A stretch of DNA of 64,000 bases from an uncultured Bacilli bacterium (GTDB lineage Bacteria > Bacillota_I > Bacilli_A > RF39 > UBA660): positions 5,338 to 69,337 of the forward strand of contig CALVIH010000003.1 in NCBI GenBank assembly GCA_944329445.1, written 5' to 3'. The notes beneath the pieces were generated by a model, which saw only the letters and a list, made by a program, of their open reading frames with translations, had not been told where the DNA came from and did no database searches. The translations under genes and the position numbers were made by a program. Shown one piece after another: positions 19,306 through 27,556 of the stretch (the stretch's first letter is position 1; every line of letters starts with the position of its first letter).

Positions 19306-19719
19306 ATGAAAAAATTTCAAGATAAATTAGAAAAATTAAATTTAGCTTATAATTCTTTAAAAGAAATGATAGAGTTTGGAAATACTGCTAACATATCATT
19401 AGAAAAGTTTGATGAGGCACTAAGAGATTCAATAATAAAAAAATTTGAGTATACTTTTGAACTTTCTTGGAAAACAATTAAAGCATATTTAGAAGAAGAA
19501 GGCTATGAAGAAATGTCTTCTCCTAGAAAAGTTTTGAAACAAGCTTTTGAATCGAATATAATAATTGATGAAGAAGTCTGGTCTAATATGTTAGAAGCGA
19601 GAAATTCAACAGCTCATACGTATGATGAAGAAAAAGCAATTTATTATGAAGACGTAATAAAAAACAAATATGTTAAAAAGTTAGATGAACTAATAAAAAA
19701 ACTAAACGAGGTAAAATAA
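19306..19719 (+). CDS. HEPN-domain protein (HI0074-type nucleotidyltransferase substrate-binding protein), putative RNase toxin
   Basis: KFEYTFELSWKTIKAYL core and an intact Rx4H motif (RNSTAH). Confidence 0.8.
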   Translation: MKKFQDKLEKLNLAYNSLKEMIEFGNTANISLEKFDEALRDSIIKKFEYTFELSWKTIKAYLEEEGYEEMSSPRKVLKQAFESNIIIDEEVWSNMLEARNSTAHTYDEEKAIYYEDVIKNKYVKKLDELIKKLNEVK

Positions 19720-19720
19720 A

Positions 19721-20023
19721 ATGTATGGTATTAGAGATAATTTATATAATGATATGATATCTGTTATAAAAAACTTCGGTGTTAAAAAAGCGATTCTTTT
19801 TGGAAGTAGGGCAAGAGGAGATTATAAAAATAACTCTGACATAGACTTGGCTTTTATTTTTAATAATAACGATAAAGATAATTTTATTAAAATGCAAGCT
19901 AAACTAGAAGAGTTAAACACTTTATATAAATTTGATGTTATTGATTTTAACGCTTTAAAAAATGATAAATTTAAAGAAGAAATATTAAAAGACGGAATAG
20001 TTATATTTGAAAAAAATAGCTAA
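19721..20023 (+). CDS. Minimal nucleotidyltransferase (MNT), putative antitoxin
   Basis: LFGSRARGDYKNNSDIDLA (GSx10-12DxD). Begins 1 nt after the HEPN stop codon. Confidence 0.85.
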   Translation: MYGIRDNLYNDMISVIKNFGVKKAILFGSRARGDYKNNSDIDLAFIFNNNDKDNFIKMQAKLEELNTLYKFDVIDFNALKNDKFKEEILKDGIVIFEKNS

Positions 20024-20042
20024 ACATTTTAGCTATTTTTAT
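20013..20042 (+). terminator. Rho-independent terminator
   Basis: Perfect 10-bp stem AATAGCTAAA/TTTAGCTATT enclosing the MNT stop codon, followed by a T run. Confidence 0.7.
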
Positions 20043-20066
20043 TGTATAATTGTTATGGTGATATAA

Positions 20067-20612
20067 ATGAAGTTAAAGAATTTTTTTGGACATTTAAAAA
20101 CTGTAAATAAACATAGATTTTTAGTATTCAAGCTATCTATTAAAGCTGGAATTCCTATAAGAGGCTTATTGCACGATTTATCTAAATATTCACCTGCAGA
20201 GTTTTTTGAAAGTGTTAAATACTATAATGGTAAAATAAGCCCTATTAAAATAAGTAAACAAGAAAATGGTTATTCAAAAGCATGGCTCCATCACAAAGGA
20301 AGAAATAAACATCATTTTGAATACTGGTATGATTTTAATACACCAGATAAAACACCAATGATTCCGTATAAATACTTAGTAGAATTGATATGTGATAATA
20401 TAGCTGCTTCAATGATATATAAAGGTAAAGATTGGAACCCAAAATTGCAACTAGAATATTTTAAAAATAGAAAAGATTTGGAATATATAAATAGTGATGT
20501 TAAGAAAATATTAATAGAAGTATATTCAGAAATTATTAAAAAAGGTATAGATAAAGTAATTAATAAAAAGAACTTAATAAGAATATATAATAAATATGCA
20601 AGTAAAAAATAA
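20067..20612 (+). CDS. DUF5662-family protein
   Basis: HDLSKYSPAEF...WLHHKGRNKHHFEYW is characteristic of this family. Confidence 0.7.
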   Translation: MKLKNFFGHLKTVNKHRFLVFKLSIKAGIPIRGLLHDLSKYSPAEFFESVKYYNGKISPIKISKQENGYSKAWLHHKGRNKHHFEYWYDFNTPDKTPMIPYKYLVELICDNIAASMIYKGKDWNPKLQLEYFKNRKDLEYINSDVKKILIEVYSEIIKKGIDKVINKKNLIRIYNKYASKK

Positions 20613-20633
20613 TAGGTTATAAAGCCTATTATT

Positions 20634-21572
20634 TTATTTTGTTTTAGGTATAGCAAATAAAATAGTTTCAGTAGGGTAGATACAGTTTCCATAACACCTT
20701 AAATAATAATTATAATTATTATTTGTTTGATTTATTAGTTTAGGTATTTTCCACAAATGATCATTATTATGATAAACTGAAATTAATAATTTTGGACTAT
20801 CATTTTTTATATGATTTAAACTTCCTAATAAAGCATTTTCTTCAGAACCTTCTATATCCATTTTTATCATAGTTATTTTATCTTTAATATCTATATCCAA
20901 TGTAGTTGTATTAAGTAAAATATCACCTTTTTTGCTAACTTTATTAGCAGATGCTGATATATTATTTACGTCTAGATATAAATTATCTATTTTATTACTT
21001 ACGGCTTTTTTATTATATATAATATTATTATATTTAGATAGATTATCTTTTAATTTAGAAAAAGTATCATCTGTTATATCATAACAATATATTTTTTTAT
21101 ACGAGTCTTCTCCATAAGTATATATATAATCTATTATACTATCACCTGTATAAGCTCCTAAATCTACCACTATTTCATCTTTACAGTATGGAATTATATC
21201 TAAATCAAAATAATGCTTAAAAGGTGTATCTAAGCATGTTTTAACCGTACTAAAATCATAACAATACCAATTATTTAAAATACCATATAATAATTTCTTA
21301 GATTTATAATCTTTAAGATTTTTATATAACCAAACAAAATCATCTATATGTTCTTTTAACGTACTAGCTTTTAGATACAATGCATCATAATTATTGTTTT
21401 CTATATCAATCTTTCCCCAATAGTTAAATTTATTAAAGAAACTTTCTATAGATTTTCTAGTATCTTGATGTACTTTAGAAAAACTATTTTTTATATTTAA
21501 ATAAATCTCATCTGTTGACATTAAATTAATTTTTTTAACTAATTCATAAAAACCTATATCTATATTATTCAT
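20634..21572 (-). CDS. FkbM-family SAM-dependent methyltransferase
   Basis: VVDLGAYTGDS and MIKMDIEGSE motifs. GGAGGA RBS. Extremely AT-rich. Confidence 0.8.
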   Translation of the reverse strand: MNNIDIGFYELVKKINLMSTDEIYLNIKNSFSKVHQDTRKSIESFFNKFNYWGKIDIENNNYDALYLKASTLKEHIDDFVWLYKNLKDYKSKKLLYGILNNWYCYDFSTVKTCLDTPFKHYFDLDIIPYCKDEIVVDLGAYTGDSIIDYIYTYGEDSYKKIYCYDITDDTFSKLKDNLSKYNNIIYNKKAVSNKIDNLYLDVNNISASANKVSKKGDILLNTTTLDIDIKDKITMIKMDIEGSEENALLGSLNHIKNDSPKLLISVYHNNDHLWKIPKLINQTNNNYNYYLRCYGNCIYPTETILFAIPKTK

Positions 21573-21721
21573 ATTAACATCCTCCTATATAAAATATATA
21601 TTAATATTAGTAAAAAATGATTTATCTTTTTTATAAAATAATTTTTTCTTCAATTATTTACAAATGAAAAATATATGATATAATAATAGCCAATTAAAAT
21701 TTTATTTATATGGAGGAAATT

Positions 21722-22549
21722 ATGAATGATAATGTAAGAGATGAATTAGTAAAGAGTATTGAAAATTTATATTCAAGTGTAGGAGAAAATGGTTATTTTA
21801 TATGTAAATTATATGAAGAAAAAATATTGAAAATTAATGATCTAGACTTAAGTTATTGGTTTGCTAAAAATATATATGGAGCTGATATAAAAGCTCATGG
21901 TATGGTTGTATTAGATAGTAAAGATCCAGAATGGAATTATATTTTTGCTAGAGATGTAAAAGGAGCTGATATAAAAGCTCATGGTATGGTTGTATTAGAT
22001 AGTAAAGATCCAGAATGGAACTTTAAGTTTGCTTGCCTCGTAAAAGATGCTGATATAAAAGCTCATGCACAAGTAGTATTAGATAGTAAAGATCCAGAAT
22101 GGAACTTTAAGTTTGCTAGAGATATAAAAGATGCTGATATAAAAGCTCATGCACAAGTAGTATTAGATAGTAAAAATCCAGAATGGAACTGTAATTTTGC
22201 TGAATATGTAAAAGATGCTGATATAAAAGCTCATGCACAAGTAGTATTAGATAGTAAAGATCCAGAATGGAACTGTAATTTTGCTTGCCTAGTAAAAGAT
22301 GCTGATATAAAAGTTCATGCACAAGTAGTATTAGATAGTAAAGATCTAAAATGGAACTGTAATTTTGCTGAATATGTAAAAGATGCTGATATTAATGCCC
22401 ACGAGCAAATTATAATAGAATCTAACGATATAAAATTATATTATAACTTTCTTAGAGAGGTAAAACATATGGATTTAAATGGTATATACTGTAATTATAT
22501 AGGTGAACAAGCTGATAAAGTTGATTCTATATTAAAAAAATTAAAATAA
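21722..22549 (+). CDS. Repeat protein made of seven 28-aa tandem repeats
   Basis: ATG at 21722 after GGAGGA. Repeats have the form (G/D)ADIKAH(A/G)(Q/M)VVLDSKDPEWN(F/C/Y)xFAxxVK. Confidence 0.7.
   Translation: MNDNVRDELVKSIENLYSSVGENGYFICKLYEEKILKINDLDLSYWFAKNIYGADIKAHGMVVLDSKDPEWNYIFARDVKGADIKAHGMVVLDSKDPEWNFKFACLVKDADIKAHAQVVLDSKDPEWNFKFARDIKDADIKAHAQVVLDSKNPEWNCNFAEYVKDADIKAHAQVVLDSKDPEWNCNFACLVKDADIKVHAQVVLDSKDLKWNCNFAEYVKDADINAHEQIIIESNDIKLYYNFLREVKHMDLNGIYCNYIGEQADKVDSILKKLK
21878..22465 (+). repeat. 84-bp tandem repeat, 7 copies (6 near-identical, last degenerate), in frame within the CDS
   Basis: Period 84 nt starting at 21878. Exact stretches of about 60 nt are shared between units 3 to 6. 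Confidence 0.9.
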
Positions 22550-22663
22550 TGTTTTAAAAATGACTTCTAATAGTCTTTTTTTTATTAAAAATATTAATAA
22601 TTTTTAATTAATATATAATTGTTTTTTTAATATTTTATAATATAATTAATAAAGGTGACTGAA

Positions 22664-23095
22664 ATGAAAAATAAGTTAGAAAATTTTATGAAAAATAGAT
22701 ATGGTATAGATCATTTATATATGTTTTTATTTACTTTATATTTTATATTAATAATTATAAACTTATTTATTAATTCCATTGTTATTACTATATTAGAATT
22801 AATAATTGTAATAATAATGTTTTATAGAATGTTTTCTAAAAATAAATATAAAAGAAGTAGGGAAGAGATGATTTATTTAAGATTAAAAGATAATATTATA
22901 AATTTATTTAAAAATTTTAAAGTCAAGGATAAAGACCATGTTTATAGAAAATGTAAAAAATGCAAAACAAAAATAAGACTACCACTACCTAGTACAATAG
23001 GTTTTAAATATATAACTTGCCCTAAATGTAAAAATAAGTTTAAGACTTTGGTTTTAAAAAAACAAAAAATAGAAATAATAAGAAAAAAGAATTAA
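22664..23095 (+). CDS. Small membrane protein with C-terminal CxxC...CxxC zinc ribbon
   Basis: ATG at 22664 after AAAGGTGA. Two TM helices, then CKKCKTK...CPKCKNK. Confidence 0.6.
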   Translation: MKNKLENFMKNRYGIDHLYMFLFTLYFILIIINLFINSIVITILELIIVIIMFYRMFSKNKYKRSREEMIYLRLKDNIINLFKNFKVKDKDHVYRKCKKCKTKIRLPLPSTIGFKYITCPKCKNKFKTLVLKKQKIEIIRKKN

Positions 23096-23196
23096 GTCCC
23101 CTATTATAATTAATGATAAAAAGTAGGGGGATATAAGATTTATTTTAACGATACATATTTAATCATTTATAAAAAACATTATGTATTAATTATTAA

Positions 23197-23230
23197 AACA
23201 CTTAGAGTTATTCTAACGTGTTTTTTATTT
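23197..23230 (+). terminator. Candidate rho-independent terminator
   Basis: AACACTTAG/CTAA(C)GTGTT stem (one bulge) followed by T6. Confidence 0.4.
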
Positions 23231-23500
23231 AAAAGACGCATAGTTATTCATCTCGATTCATTCTACGATGTTATATTTTTGTATATACTTACCTTATTTT
23301 TTATTATTATATAATGTTAGGGTAGAAAAAAGGTAATATATGTATTTTTAACATAACATAATACACAGATAAGTATTTATATTTAATTATTAAAAAATTA
23401 CTTAGAATGACTAAATAGCTTATAGAATAAATATTTATTATTTAAATATATTTACGTAAAAATGATAATAAAAAATGGTTATCTACCAGTTAGAGTAGTA

Positions 23501-23534
23501 TAAAAAAATAGTCATACATTATAGTAAGACTATT
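23501..23534 (-). terminator. Rho-independent terminator of the HTH regulator gene
   Basis: Minus-strand AATAGTC-N14-GACTATT followed by TTTTT. Confidence 0.55.
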
Positions 23535-23551
23535 TTAAATAAAAAAGCAAA

Positions 23552-23579
23552 TGTTAACATAATATGTATTATATGAACT
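23552..23579. other. dif: Candidate dif site (XerCD chromosome-dimer resolution site)
   Basis: The minus-strand reading AGTTCATATAA-TACATA-TTATGTTAACA matches 22 of 28 positions of B. subtilis dif (ACTTCCTAGAA-TATATA-TTATGTAAACT, from memory). It lies exactly at the gene-orientation switch. Confidence 0.6.
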
Positions 23580-23596
23580 AAGATATAGTAGTTAAG

Positions 23597-24364
23597 TTAA
23601 ACGTCACGGGATTGTATTTCGGCAATCTTAGCAAGTACTTCTGATGCGTTAGATTGGTTAATCTCAGTGTATCCAAGTTCGTGTAATGCTTGTATTTTAG
23701 CAGAATTAATCTCTTGGGTTCTACTTAATTTTTCTTCGTTTTTGTGTTCTATTTCTGCAACAAACTTCTTGTGTTGTTCTGCTAACTTTGTTTTGGAAGC
23801 CCCTCCGTTACGGTATAACACCATTGCGGAATGCATAATACTTTCGAATACAAATTGCTCATCTTCGTTAAAAGCATATTCTTCCGGATTAACAAAACCT
23901 AATAATTTGACAATATAACCCATCATATACTTTAATTCTTTTACGTTTTCTAACCCTTGAATAAAATGAAGCAAGTATTTATAAGTTACGTAAGAGTCAT
24001 TAGAATTCTCAATAAAACGCTCTTTAATCATAAATATAATATCATTTAGAAGTTCTTGCTCTCTTGGTTTTAATTCCTTAAATTCAATGCTTTCAGAGTG
24101 TGTTACTGTTATGTTTGAAACTTCACCATTTAAAACCATGTCCACCTTGTTAATGAATTCTGCATCAACTTTTATATTATCTATTTCAGAAGCTTCTTTA
24201 ATATCTAACAAATTAAATAATTTCATCTTTTTATCCTTAGGCCATCTAGAAACATCATTCATTTCTAAATAATTGTAGATCATTTGCCTTGAAACTCCTA
24301 GATATTTTGCTAACTTTACCTTTGAAATTCCAAGTTCTTGTAAAATTTCGTTAAGTTTATCCAT
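23597..24364 (-). CDS. Helix-turn-helix (XRE-like) transcriptional regulator
   Basis: N-terminal HTH LGISKVKLAKYLGVSRQMIYNYLE; the C-terminal 180 aa are unassigned. Confidence 0.7.
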   Translation of the reverse strand: MDKLNEILQELGISKVKLAKYLGVSRQMIYNYLEMNDVSRWPKDKKMKLFNLLDIKEASEIDNIKVDAEFINKVDMVLNGEVSNITVTHSESIEFKELKPREQELLNDIIFMIKERFIENSNDSYVTYKYLLHFIQGLENVKELKYMMGYIVKLLGFVNPEEYAFNEDEQFVFESIMHSAMVLYRNGGASKTKLAEQHKKFVAEIEHKNEEKLSRTQEINSAKIQALHELGYTEINQSNASEVLAKIAEIQSRDV

Positions 24365-24401
24365 GTTATATCTCTCCTCTACTCTATCTACTATAACTAT
24401 A

Positions 24402-24429
24402 ATTTTACACTTTTTTACAAATTTGTCAA
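24402..24429 (-). promoter_or_regulatory. Candidate sigma-A promoter of the HTH gene
   Basis: Minus strand: TTGACA, 16 nt spacer, TAAAAT. Confidence 0.45.
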
Positions 24430-24448
24430 TAATGTTACATTATAATAA

Positions 24449-24480
24449 AAGCAAGAAGAAAGGTTAATTTCTCTTGCTTT
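24449..24480 (-). terminator. Rho-independent terminator after spoIIM
   Basis: AAGCAAGAGAAA/TTTCT(T)CTTGCTT stem followed by a T-rich tail. Confidence 0.65.
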
Positions 24481-24498
24481 TGTTGATTCAATATTATA

Positions 24499-25134
24499 CT
24501 AAATGATGAACGTAAATAATTTTAGTAAAAGTGGCGTTAAATACGCATCTAGCACGCAACATATAACCATTAAAACAACGGATAACATAAATGATAACAT
24601 GTATTTTCCTAAAAAACTCTTAAAGTTTAAATTATCCTTTTTCAATAATGCTTTTAAAAATTTAATTGATGCATGAACCGCGAAAAAAGAGATGAAAACG
24701 TAGATTAAGATGTTTAATATCATACAAGGGAAAACGTATAAAAAACACCCTACTACTCCCTTTAATTGGTATTTTAATATGATTGTCGCAAGGGTAACTC
24801 CTAAAGTAAATCCTTTAAAAAACATTATAAAAATTACCGCTATTATTCCAATCATAGATATTCCTAAAACAAAAATAGTTATTATTTGAATAATATTATT
24901 TATCGTATTAGACGCGAAAACGGAAGTTCCAAATACTTCTTTAGAAAGCTTCTTTATTGCGTCAAAAAACGTTGTAACTTGATTGGTTAATAGGGCCTTG
25001 TCATCGCTGTTTATAAAATTTATAAAAAGTGATCCAAAAACTAAACCAACTATAAAAGTAATGATTATAAACAATAGTAAAACTTTTTGCTTCTTCATGG
25101 TTTCAGTTAAGTAGTTTATTATTTTCTTCATCAT
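24499..25134 (-). CDS. spoIIM: Stage II sporulation protein M
   Basis: Multi-pass membrane protein of about 210 aa. FFKGFTLGVTLA and DAYLTPLLLKLF parallel B. subtilis SpoIIM (FLKGVVVGFTVG, EAYLSPVLMEKL). Confidence 0.75.
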   Translation of the reverse strand: MMKKIINYLTETMKKQKVLLLFIIITFIVGLVFGSLFINFINSDDKALLTNQVTTFFDAIKKLSKEVFGTSVFASNTINNIIQIITIFVLGISMIGIIAVIFIMFFKGFTLGVTLATIILKYQLKGVVGCFLYVFPCMILNILIYVFISFFAVHASIKFLKALLKKDNLNFKSFLGKYMLSFMLSVVLMVICCVLDAYLTPLLLKLFTFII

Positions 25135-25228
25135 AAGTCTCCCTACTTAACTATATTAACGAATATTACTTTTATTACTTTTATTTTTCTACAAATTATA
25201 TTATAATTAAAGCGAGGTGAATATATAC

Positions 25229-25357
25229 ATGTCTAAAGAAAAGAAGAAAAAGAAGAAATTCAAAATAAATTGGACAAAGGTCTTTGTATGGGTTGCCCTT
25301 ATTGCGATGGTAGGTTCTGCGTTTGCAGCGGTACTATCCCCTTTATTTTATAGTTAG
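25229..25357 (+). CDS. Small membrane protein (42 aa), DUF4044-like; absent from the ORF track
   Basis: GAGGTGA RBS 8 nt upstream. MSKEKKKKKKFKINWTKVFVWVALIAMVGSAFAAVLSPLFYS. A strong terminator follows directly. Confidence 0.6.
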   Translation: MSKEKKKKKKFKINWTKVFVWVALIAMVGSAFAAVLSPLFYS

Positions 25358-25385
25358 GATGCTTAAAATAAGCATTCTTTTTTGT
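25357..25385 (+). terminator. Rho-independent terminator
   Basis: GGATGCTTA/TAAGCATTC stem followed by T7. Confidence 0.7.
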
Positions 25386-25407
25386 TTTGTAAAAAATATA
25401 ATTTAAT

Positions 25408-25812
25408 ATGATGAATGAAAAAGAGAAAGTTAATAAAGATAAAATAAAGTTTTTAAATTTACAACTAATTGCTACTATTGGGTTTATTACGGCTTTATTA
25501 ATTTCTTTTTTTCTTACCTTAGATAAAAGATTATCATTAGAAGGTAAAAGAAAGTTATTTACCGAAAAAGAAGCACAAAATCTTGCACTTTTTCAAACTA
25601 TATTAGTATTTATCATCGCATCGTGTTTTTTATACGTAAACTATAAACAATATAAACTTGCGAAAAAAACAAAGGATACTAGCGAGGAAGATTTACTTCT
25701 TCAAATAGAAACTTCTATTTTCGCAATAATATCGGCGATAATAGGACTTTATATTATATTTAAAAATTATAGAAATAGAAATCTTACGATACCTGAAACA
25801 GAACTCTTTTAA
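25408..25812 (+). CDS. Hypothetical membrane protein (three TM segments)
   Basis: ORF with three hydrophobic helices; RBS weak. Confidence 0.5.
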   Translation: MMNEKEKVNKDKIKFLNLQLIATIGFITALLISFFLTLDKRLSLEGKRKLFTEKEAQNLALFQTILVFIIASCFLYVNYKQYKLAKKTKDTSEEDLLLQIETSIFAIISAIIGLYIIFKNYRNRNLTIPETELF

Positions 25813-26354
25813 AAATCCTTTTTTAGAAGACAATTGCCTTTTAATGCATTAACATCATCAACGTAAAATGTATTTGGAATTAATAAAATACCTGTTTTTA
25901 AAAAATTATCAGTAATACCATATTGAAGATCATAAGCTAAAAGATAAGAAATATCATCACTTTCATTTAGTTTATCATATTCATATGATAATATTTTCTT
26001 TTTCGTATTATGACTTAAATAAAGTTCAGCATATATCTTAACAAGTGATAAAGGAAGTATTTCATCAGTAATTTCTTCATTATAAACTTTATTTATTTTT
26101 TTATACAGGATTATTGCTTTAGCAAATAAATATATACTTTTTAACATATCTTCATTATTTTTAATAACTGGTGCGTTTATTGTAAAGCCTATTAATTTAT
26201 TATCTTTATAATAATCTTTATCTAAGTATATAGCTTCGCTTTTATTTTTAATATTGACTATATGATTATATATATAGTTAAAGACATCTTCATCATATAC
26301 TCCAACCAGTTTAAAATAATTAATTAAATCTTTATCTTTCTTTTTTAATTTCAT
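25809..26354 (-). CDS. Hypothetical protein
   Basis: ATG at 26354 after GAGGTG (the track's upstream GTG has no RBS). No known domain. Confidence 0.5.
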   Translation of the reverse strand: MKLKKKDKDLINYFKLVGVYDEDVFNYIYNHIVNIKNKSEAIYLDKDYYKDNKLIGFTINAPVIKNNEDMLKSIYLFAKAIILYKKINKVYNEEITDEILPLSLVKIYAELYLSHNTKKKILSYEYDKLNESDDISYLLAYDLQYGITDNFLKTGILLIPNTFYVDDVNALKGNCLLKKDF

Positions 26355-26408
26355 AAAGTACACCTCTAATATAGACTTTATATTATCATAAATATATTAA
26401 AAAGTATA

Positions 26409-26431
26409 GAAAAAAAGGAACCAAGGTTCCT
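26409..26431 (-). terminator. Rho-independent terminator after spoIVB
   Basis: AGGAACC/GGTTCCT hairpin overlapping the stop codon, then T6-7 on the minus strand. Confidence 0.6.
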
Positions 26432-27419
26432 AATTTTCCGCTTCTTCTAACATAGACGTTATAAGTATTCCGTATCCTTTAGTAGGATTATTAACAACCA
26501 CGTTTGTTACCGCACCAATTATTTTATCACCTTGTATAATTGGTGATCCACTCATTCCTTGAACAATACCGCCAGTTTTTTTAATTAATTCTTCATCTGT
26601 TACCTTAAATAAAATATTCTTGTTACTATTCTCATCATTATTAACTTTTAATATGTTTATGTTATATTCTTTTTTTTCACTTGCTTCTAGTACGGTGATA
26701 ATCTTAGCATCACCTGTTTTTATATCTTTATATTCTGCTACTTCGTATAACTTTTCTTGGTTTATTCCTTTTGTATAATTTCCAAATATACCTGATATGG
26801 TATTTTCTTTTATGGTACCATAGATATCATTAGCATTTGTGTCTGCACTTTTAGCACCAGGTTCACCCCTGGTTGACTTTTCTATTCCGGTTACTTCTGA
26901 ATTATATATTTTACCGTCTTTTACGTCTAGCATCGTACCTGAGGTAGATTCTATAACTTCGTGTCCTAACGCACCATATAATTTAGTATTAGGATCAATG
27001 AACGTAAGTGTCCCGATTCCAGATACCATATCTTTTACGTATAGACCCGTTTTAATTACACCATTATCATTTATTAAATTTAAAGTCGTGGTCTCTTCTT
27101 TATTATTTCTTAGATAAACCAGTTTTAAACTATTTCCATCGCTATTTTTAATTGATGTAATAAAATCGTCAATCGTTTTAACGTCCGAGTCATTTGCTTT
27201 AATAATAGTATCTCCTTTTGTTAGGTTTGCGTCATGTCCCGGATACGTTTCACCTACTTTATAAAAACCAGCTATTATTATTCCATCATTATTAATTTGG
27301 AGTCCTATGTTTTCTCCACCTGCAACTATATATTTAGAATAAGCAAAAACACTTTGTGGCATAATAAATGTAGCAACTATAAAAATTGCTATAAAACTTT
27401 TAAATTTTTTAAAAAACAT
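26430..27419 (-). CDS. spoIVB: SpoIVB peptidase (S55) with PDZ domain
   Basis: GTLTFIDPNTKLYGALGH and GMSGSPIIQGDKIIGAVTNV catalytic regions, N-terminal signal anchor, PDZ (GDTIIKANDSDV). Confidence 0.88.
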   Translation of the reverse strand: MFFKKFKSFIAIFIVATFIMPQSVFAYSKYIVAGGENIGLQINNDGIIIAGFYKVGETYPGHDANLTKGDTIIKANDSDVKTIDDFITSIKNSDGNSLKLVYLRNNKEETTTLNLINDNGVIKTGLYVKDMVSGIGTLTFIDPNTKLYGALGHEVIESTSGTMLDVKDGKIYNSEVTGIEKSTRGEPGAKSADTNANDIYGTIKENTISGIFGNYTKGINQEKLYEVAEYKDIKTGDAKIITVLEASEKKEYNINILKVNNDENSNKNILFKVTDEELIKKTGGIVQGMSGSPIIQGDKIIGAVTNVVVNNPTKGYGILITSMLEEAEN

Positions 27420-27528
27420 TTTTATGCTCCTTTTGTAATCCGAATTACATTATTATTATGTAACAAAGTGTTTTATTAATAAGTGATAAAAAATGGGAAT
27501 TATCGTTTACATTTTTTACCAATTTTAT

Positions 27529-27556
27529 AAAAAAAGAACTAGTTATTACTAGTTCC
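27529..27556 (-). terminator. Rho-independent terminator
   Basis: GAACTAGT/ACTAGTTC perfect stem including the stop codon, then T7 on the minus strand. Confidence 0.65.

Noticed and set aside
21878-22465. Regularly spaced 84-bp repeats considered as a possible CRISPR array.
   Set aside because: The repeats are contiguous with no unique spacers, in frame within one ORF, far longer than CRISPR repeats, and no cas genes are nearby.
23165-23195. Alternative dif-like sequence ATCATTTATAA-AAAACA-TTATGTATTAA.
   Set aside because: It matches the B. subtilis dif only about 5 of 11 and 7 of 11 in the two arms. ATAA-N6-TTAT arises easily by chance in AT-rich DNA, and the 23552-23579 site is much better.
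23345-23376. Alternative dif-like sequence on the minus strand, CTTATCTGTGT-ATTATG-TTATGTTAAAA.
   Set aside because: The right arm is good (TTATGTTAAAA), but the left arm has no resemblance to a XerC arm and the inner palindrome is missing.
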